DNA of 63,890 nt, filler included, from Stramenopiles sp. TOSAG23-2 (lineage: Eukaryota): NCBI GenBank assembly GCA_900128395.1. It is 3 parts of 3 records of this genome, joined end to end, with 100 filler letters (N's around TTAATTAATTAA, not from the genome) between each part and the next. Parts side by side here need not be neighbours in the genome. Positions count along the whole stretch, not along the records: positions 43,949 to 63,890 come from LT649567.1; 2 more parts are not named here. One strand, given 5' to 3'. This document shows, piece by piece, positions 57,336 through 63,890 of this stretch. The notes beneath the pieces are model-generated. The model did not search any database. It was not told the DNA's origin and saw only the letters and a program-made list of their open reading frames with translations. The position numbers and the translations under genes are program-made. The stretch's first letter is position 1; each line of letters begins with the position of its first letter.

Positions 57336-57965
57336 GCACGTGCATATATAAAGGTATTTTGTTAATACTGTAACATAATGTTTGTAGAGTATTAAATATG
57401 TAATAAGTACTTATTGTAATAATTTAAATTCACAATTTAAATTGTGCAATCCAGCAATTATTGCACCACTAATTCACAACAAATTAATTATTATTCTGCT
57501 GGAAGAATTCCAGGGAATTATTCACAACAATAGTTAGTTTTTAGTCCCTAGTATTCTGGTATTATCACATCGTCTAACTTGGAATATTAATACCTGGAAT
57601 ACCATAGTAATACCATAGTCCATGGTCCATTCTAGTAGTCGTTACGAGGAGTAGGCAGGCAGGAAGTTGCGGGAAGACTCTGCGCTTGCCCAGCTTGCCA
57701 GAGTATAGTTGCAGTACATAGAAATAAAAAAAAGAAAAAATTGATATAAAAAATTAGAAGTATTATAAAACGACAGAACTAAACAGAGACGTTTGGATAT
57801 ATTGTATATATATATTTGTATTATCATATCTTATTTAAAAAAAAATAGAGAGATAGATAGATAGATAAACAGATATATTATAAACAGCACGTCTATTGTG
57901 TGGGTACATATATAGATATAGATATAGATATATAGAATACGCTGTCGGAAAAAATAGTAAATAGA

Positions 57966-59288
57966 ATGTCAAATAATACGAATAATGTCACCGTTACTAT
58001 CAATACGCACCCTTTTTGTAACTTAACTACTAATACACCGCTAGAGCCTCGCATGGATGTGCAGTACACTTTTTACTATTATCTTCGAACAACTTGGTTG
58101 GTTTGTCGAATATTTCTTTTAACTATTTTTGCAATATTAGCGATATTGATATTAATTGAAATTATTTTGTATATAAGGTATCAACGTGCTAAAAAGAAAA
58201 CTTGGAAAGAACTGTTACATATTTATCATTTCCAACTATTGAAATTAATATTGCTTTTCATAGCTAGTGTAGCCAGAGTTACATGGTTTATTCAGCCATA
58301 TTTTGTAGAGATAGATAAATCAAGCCATATATTTTCAAAAAATATGAAGGATCACCATGTATTTTCGGCCTCGCTTCTAAGGCTTGGGCAATTATTGATG
58401 TTGATTGTTTTATTTTTACAGATTAAAAGTTGGAGACAAACTGTTCGGCACACTAGAAAATTAAAAAGTAAAAAAAAGAAAGCGCGAGGAAGTACGAGAG
58501 GATCGTCTATCTACTCTGCAAAGGACGTATTTGCCGTTAAGCTAGATACTTTTGTTGTTTGGTTGATGATTATTTTATTGATTATAGCGGCGATATTAAA
58601 CGTTTTGATTCCCGGGATAGAGTTTTTTTTATATACATCCACTGCAATATTGATCCCTTTAATACCATCTGCAACTTATTATGTATACGGGTTGCATAAA
58701 TTAATTGTTGCTATAGATGGAAATAATTCAAGAGTAAATACTAAAAAACAAAATGCAATTAATAAGATAAAACGTATCCGTAGATCTATGGTGGCCTTAT
58801 TGGTTTGTTCTATTTCATTATTTGCTGGAGCAGGATTTCGAGCATCTATAGACTTATGTGATAAAGATAACTACGTTGGGGAAAGTATTCGATATGTAAG
58901 TCTAATCTAATATGATACTTCTTTTCTGCAAACGTTTTTGTCCTTCATTACAACTAACACAATACCTGTTTCATAATATGTTTCACAAATGCAGTTAATT
59001 TTTGTATTGCTTGTTCATCTGGTTTCAGAATTCAACGCTACCGCCGCGTTATTTTATACGTTACATTCAAAAAAAGAACATGCAGTAAAAGCGGTACCTA
59101 AATCAAATAATTATGCAAGTTCCAGTTATGATGAGTCAGCTACAACTCAAGATAGCACGAATTTTCGTACAGAAAGTAATAAAAATATAATTGCTATAAA
59201 AAGTAATCCCAATAAAAGAAAATCATCAATCGAGCAAGTAAATCCTATGATGGAGCATAGAGTGAAGTTAGAAGAAGAGGGGTTTTAA
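57966..59288 (+). CDS. Seven-TM (GPCR-like) membrane protein, 2 exons (57966-58895, 58995-59288)
   Basis: Six hydrophobic helices in exon 1 and one in exon 2, with N-terminal N-glycosylation sequons. Phase-0 intron 58896-58994 (GTAAGT, ACTAAC, CAG). Confidence 0.72.
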
Positions 59289-59920
59289 AGGGTATATTAT
59301 AAATGTACGTAAATGTGGTGTGCGACAACGTGTATCATATGATGTGTGTGCGTGTGCGTGTGTATAAATTGTATGATATGATAAATTCATGTCGTGTTAA
59401 TATATATATTAATATATTATATAAAATATCTAGATATATATGATTATAGTGTAGGAGTAAATCCTTTTCTTAGATTGAGAAGATTAATGTATTATTCCTG
59501 AGATTGAGTATTGAGCGCGTAGTATTTTCCACGAGAAGTAAAATTATTACGCTCGTACACTCGGTATGCATGTATAACTTTTTAGATTTTAATCATAATA
59601 ATATTTTATATACGTTCGTATTTAACTTTGAGATAGATTTGTCTCAGTTATTGTATTCTTTCTGGAGAGTAGGAATTATCATGAGTAAATTAAAAAAATA
59701 AGTTATGCATTTAAATATAATTATAAATATTATATTATAATATATTTAACTTTATTAATGTACACACAAATGTATTATACTTCGTACGACTCCGTATGAA
59801 ATATTTTCTAGGTATTTTTTTTATTTTTAATATCTCTCTCTCTTTAGAAAATAAATTGTTTTTTTTTTATTCGGTTACGAAGTGTCGTATATTATACGAA
59901 TACGCGATTCAATTATCAAA

Positions 59921-61276
59921 TCAATAAACATATTTCACATTTACAACATTTCCATCTAATGTACGACCATGTGTACCAAGTAAAGCACATGCGGCATCAT
60001 ATAATGATGCAAATTCAACTCGTGCAACACCGTCGCTTTCATTTACATCAATAGTTGATACGGTACCAAAACGTTTACACTCCTCTTCAATACCAGCTTT
60101 TAATTCTTTTACACCTTTTAAATTTGAAAATTCTATAAATTTAGATGGTGGTCCAGCTGTTAAGCCAACTTTAACACCAGTTGGAACTTGTATCATATCC
60201 ACAAATGTATGATGTTTCATTTTCAATGTATTAGTGCTATGTGCAAATAATTTAGCTTTCTTTAAATCAAAATGGGTTTGTAATAATGTTTTCCATGTTG
60301 CAAATTTTTCATTTTGAGGTCCAACATATCCTTTTGGTCGGCCTAATGATAATTCTTTTCCCATGAAAGGAATACCGTTCATGTTCAATGCATTGCATGC
60401 CTCTTCAACTGTTCTAAAGGTTATAAATGCAAAATTTTTATTTGTTACATTACATTGTGTAATTGGATTTCCAGGTGCAGTAGTTAATTTAGCTTTTGTC
60501 ATAGCCTGTGAAAAAAATAATTGCAAACTGTCGTTTGGGATACCCTTTGGACAATTGCCTACATATAGTCTATAATTATCAGCTGGAGGCCTTCCAACAT
60601 AATTTCCTCCTCGATTATTGTTATTATAATTATTACTATTGTTGTTGTATTGCCCATTATTATTATAACTACTATTATTATTATTATTATTATGAACATA
60701 TCCTGGTGCATATGTCTTATTTGCTCGTTCCGCTGCAATAAATTGTTCATGCTCCTCATCGGTTGTTAAACCTACGACAGTATTTCTCAAATCGGGTTGA
60801 TCTCTCATTTTGTCAGTAATCCAATCATGCCATGAGACGGATTGATCTGTTGGGCCACGATATTTCTTTGGTCTTGAAACATTTAAGCAGTGACCTTTGA
60901 ACTTAATTCCATTTAAATTTAATCCAAGAGTACATTCATCTCGACTGGCAAATTCAGCAAATGCAAATCTATTACCAATGCGTACACTATTCACTGCTTC
61001 TCCAGGCAAGTGAGGAGCAATTTTTAGCCCACCTTGTCGTGCAGCAGCATTTAAAAATTCCCTCACTTCGCCACCTAAACATTGTGATGGAATATTGCCG
61101 ATAAAAAGTTGAACATTAATACGGTCTTGTTGGCTATTGTTATTATTATAACCACCTCTTCCATAATTATTATTATTATTATTACGTTGATTATTATTAT
61201 TGTAACGGTACGATCCTCCTCCACCACCATCACCACCACGATACTCTCTGCGATAATTGTTATTATTGTATGACAT
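59921..61276 (-). CDS. U2AF large-subunit-like RRM protein
   Basis: Two RRMs ('QLFIGNIP...FAFAEF', 'RLYVGN...FAFITFRTVEEA..AL..NGI.F.G..L...RP..Y') and a UHM-like 'IEEECKRFGTV'. First ATG at 61276. Confidence 0.8.
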   Translation of the reverse strand: MSYNNNNYRREYRGGDGGGGGSYRYNNNNQRNNNNNNYGRGGYNNNNSQQDRINVQLFIGNIPSQCLGGEVREFLNAAARQGGLKIAPHLPGEAVNSVRIGNRFAFAEFASRDECTLGLNLNGIKFKGHCLNVSRPKKYRGPTDQSVSWHDWITDKMRDQPDLRNTVVGLTTDEEHEQFIAAERANKTYAPGYVHNNNNNNSSYNNNGQYNNNSNNYNNNNRGGNYVGRPPADNYRLYVGNCPKGIPNDSLQLFFSQAMTKAKLTTAPGNPITQCNVTNKNFAFITFRTVEEACNALNMNGIPFMGKELSLGRPKGYVGPQNEKFATWKTLLQTHFDLKKAKLFAHSTNTLKMKHHTFVDMIQVPTGVKVGLTAGPPSKFIEFSNLKGVKELKAGIEEECKRFGTVSTIDVNESDGVARVEFASLYDAACALLGTHGRTLDGNVVNVKYVY

Positions 61277-61495
61277 TTTATATCTTATCTTTTTGTAAGC
61301 AAGACGTTTATACTTTGATGACAATATCTTCCCCTTGACTACATTAAAAGAAACAAATAAACAAACAAACTAATAACAAATAATATATATTACTTGTTGT
61401 ATATATAATATTGTTGAAAAACCTATAATATGATGATGTTGTGTGTGTATCGATCTTACAACGTGGCCTTATAGCTTACAATAGCTACTGGCTGG

Positions 61496-61875
61496 CCCAG
61501 TCTATTTTTTTCAGTGAACGATACTTTAGCATGGGAATAGCATTGAGACCAGAAAATCAGTATCGTTCATTATCGTTCACTCTAATTTTCCAATTTTTTG
61601 GCATACATGAAGATAATCTATAACAATATCCGAAAAAATAAAATATAATGTGTTAAAATATTATTTCTTTACACATACTATGATAAGATGATTTCCATAT
61701 TTTTATTTTCAGATTCCCAAAATTTAGAACAATTTTATTGAACGATAAATCTCATTTTTTCATCTTTTATCTAGCATGGACACAGCATCAGTGAACGATA
61801 ATGAACGATACTGATTTTCTGGTCTCAATGCTATTCCCATGCTAAAGTATCGTTCACTGAAAAAAATAGACTGGG
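61496..61875. mobile_element. MITE / non-autonomous DNA transposon, 380 bp
   Basis: Perfect 86-bp TIRs at 61496-61581 and 61790-61875 (CCCAGTCTATTTTTTTCAGTGAACG...). Flanking 8-bp direct repeat CTGGCTGG at 61488-61495 and 61876-61883. Non-coding 208-bp core. Confidence 0.88.
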
Positions 61876-62190
61876 CTGGCTGGGCTGGATATAGTACTGT
61901 ACTCTTGTATTATAAATAGAAAACTACGAGGAGGATAGTACCGGTAAATTGTTTTTTAATGGTGGTGTGTGTGGTGAACGTAATAACAACAATGCTATAT
62001 TCATGCTATTATTGATAAGTACTAATATTATATATATTAGATATATATGCAACATATGACTCCTCTCTCTACTCGCTCTCTCTCTTTCTGTGTGTGTCTG
62101 TGTATTTTTACTCTTATTCTTACGACACTTTCACGTTTTTTGAAGCATATATTTTGTTTCTGAACAGTATATTATATGACCCATAGAATT

Positions 62191-63531
62191 TTATTCATCG
62201 GTTTCAGCTCTTGCTTCCAATTCTTCCAATTGTTTTAACATATCTGCACGTACATTTGCACCACGCCAAACAGATTGCATTTTAATAGCTGCTAATTTTA
62301 ATTTATCATCTTCCACCACAAAGGCAGGTGCACCACTATCTTCATCCACATGCAATTGTTCTTCCAATTCTTCAATCATTTGATCAAATTTGCACCTTTC
62401 TTTATATCCACGCCATAAGCATTGGATTTGAATTGCATAATATTCCTCTTGCAAACGATCACGTTTTGCACCTGTTGCATGTGAAATTTCATCTTTCATA
62501 TGTTGCTTCACTTCCATTTCATGTGCTCTTGTAGCATTGCTAAATGCGGATACAACACTTTCTGCTTTTTTACTTTGTTGATTTGCTAAGCCAAGTTCAG
62601 TTAACAATGCATTTGCATAATCTGTCAACAATTCAGACATTCGATTTCCTTGCGTCGTGCCAAATTCAAAGATAGGGCCTTTCACATTTTGTCCACTACC
62701 TTTGATTTCAAAGTAAAAATTCGAGCCTGGTTTAAAACCCCAACGATATACTTCACTTAATTTGTATTTTTCCAAGACACTTCGATCATTTACATCAAGT
62801 AAATAAATACCATTGGTATTGATACCGAGCAATACTCTTGGTGGATGACCTTTTAAACATGTTTGCCTAACTTCGTAAAATAAACAACCGTTGCATTCCC
62901 ATGATTGACATATTTTTACATATTCCATCTTTGCATTTAAACCTGTACGATGTAATAGACTTTGATGTTCCCTGTAAATATATTCTTCCCAATCCAATTT
63001 TTCTTTTTTATCAAATACATGCGCAGGAATAAACTCATGCAAACGTTGTGTTAAAAAACCAACTTGATGCACACTCGGATCATGTGGTCCATATTTAGCT
63101 TGCACATCCAATGCTGCTAATTTCACCAATGTTGGAATTTCATTGGCGAAGTGTGTCCCTGTAACTACGCTATGAAGTCCTTGGATGTATTGTAAATGTA
63201 GCATAATTGGATCCGTTTCTACCATTTCCAAAGCACTTGGCATAAATAATTTCATCATATAAATAATTTTTGCACATCCATGTTGTACATTTAATACAAC
63301 TTCACTACGTCCAAGTGCACGTCTGGGGATGGCACCATCAACTGATTCAAACAATGCAAAATAACGCGATGAGTTCTCACCACCATCTGCGTAGTTCAAT
63401 CGCCCAGCAATCATTTCACAAACTTCACCTGCACTAATACCTGGGTCTACCATTAACATTTTAGACGAATTATCTAAAAAATATACTTTTAACACTGCAT
63501 CCCCTTCATGTCCAGTAGCAACAGCTGCCAT
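62191..63531 (-). CDS. FERM-domain protein with C-terminal IQ motifs
   Basis: FERM 'LKVYFLDNSSK', 'DPIMLHLQYIQ', 'LAALDVQ', 'VLLGINTNGI'. IQ 'IQIQCLWRGYKER' and 'IKMQSVWRGANVR'. Confidence 0.88.
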   Translation of the reverse strand: MAAVATGHEGDAVLKVYFLDNSSKMLMVDPGISAGEVCEMIAGRLNYADGGENSSRYFALFESVDGAIPRRALGRSEVVLNVQHGCAKIIYMMKLFMPSALEMVETDPIMLHLQYIQGLHSVVTGTHFANEIPTLVKLAALDVQAKYGPHDPSVHQVGFLTQRLHEFIPAHVFDKKEKLDWEEYIYREHQSLLHRTGLNAKMEYVKICQSWECNGCLFYEVRQTCLKGHPPRVLLGINTNGIYLLDVNDRSVLEKYKLSEVYRWGFKPGSNFYFEIKGSGQNVKGPIFEFGTTQGNRMSELLTDYANALLTELGLANQQSKKAESVVSAFSNATRAHEMEVKQHMKDEISHATGAKRDRLQEEYYAIQIQCLWRGYKERCKFDQMIEELEEQLHVDEDSGAPAFVVEDDKLKLAAIKMQSVWRGANVRADMLKQLEELEARAETDE

Positions 63532-63754
63532 ATTTTATTTTATAATATTGTTTACTATATTTTATTCGGAAGTATATATATGTGTGTGTGTACGTATATA
63601 TATATATATATATATTATATTTTTCTGTCACAGCCGTATCTGTATATTGTTTCTACTGTACCTATATCTATAATTCGACGAAGCACAAGAGTATGTATAG
63701 ACATTAGATCTACGTATTATATATATAAAACCTTTATAAGGTGTAGATTCCTGT

Positions 63755-63885
63755 CTAAAGAGGTGTAGGTATCTACACCTCTTTAGGATTTTATCGAGTT
63801 TTTGAAGAAAAACTAGGCTGACATACCATTAGGCTATTTTTGAAGAGTGATTTTGTCGCTAGAAGGTGTAGGTATCTACACCTTC
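63755..63885. repeat. Two copies of a hairpin-forming palindromic repeat (AGGTGTAGGTATCTACACCT)
   Basis: CTAAAGAGGTGTAG-GTAT-CTACACCTCTTTAG at 63755-63786 and GAAGGTGTAG-GTAT-CTACACCTTC at 63862-63885. Confidence 0.85.
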
Positions 63886-63890
63886 GAAGC

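Noticed and set aside
63755-63885. CRISPR array
   Set aside because: Only two repeats with about 80 bp between them, a eukaryotic context and no cas genes. Kept as a palindromic repeat.
1-63890. Prokaryotic or viral origin, operons, defence systems
   Set aside because: Spliceosomal introns and ciliary, ER and mitochondrial-targeted genes indicate a eukaryotic nuclear genome. No transposase, integrase or viral hallmark gene was recognised.

Overview
AT-rich, gene-dense, intron-poor eukaryotic nuclear DNA from a flagellated protist (IFT172, PF16/SPAG6, KIF12-like kinesin). A heterotrophic stramenopile is my inference, not something I can prove. The window is three contigs joined by artificial 100-nt linkers (N44-TTAATTAATTAA-N44 at 21877-21976 and 43849-43948), so adjacency across the linkers means nothing. 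It holds about 26 protein genes or fragments. Four of them have short GTAAGT...AG introns that I could place in frame. No rRNA, tRNA or CRISPR array was recognised. Most notable: (i) a histidine acid phosphatase-indoleamine 2,3-dioxygenase fusion; (ii) a CinA/PncC-amidase fusion ending in a PTS1-type ARL; (iii) a 380-bp MITE with perfect 86-bp TIRs and an 8-bp TSD; (iv) a 2196-aa LRR/IQ/B-box/MABP-like/EF-hand protein; (v) recurrent intergenic motifs (TACGA/TCGTA clusters at 3' ends, TACCWGGTA, AATGCT...CATG, CTGG-rich islands); (vi) two gene tails joined head-to-head, possibly a chimera or deletion.
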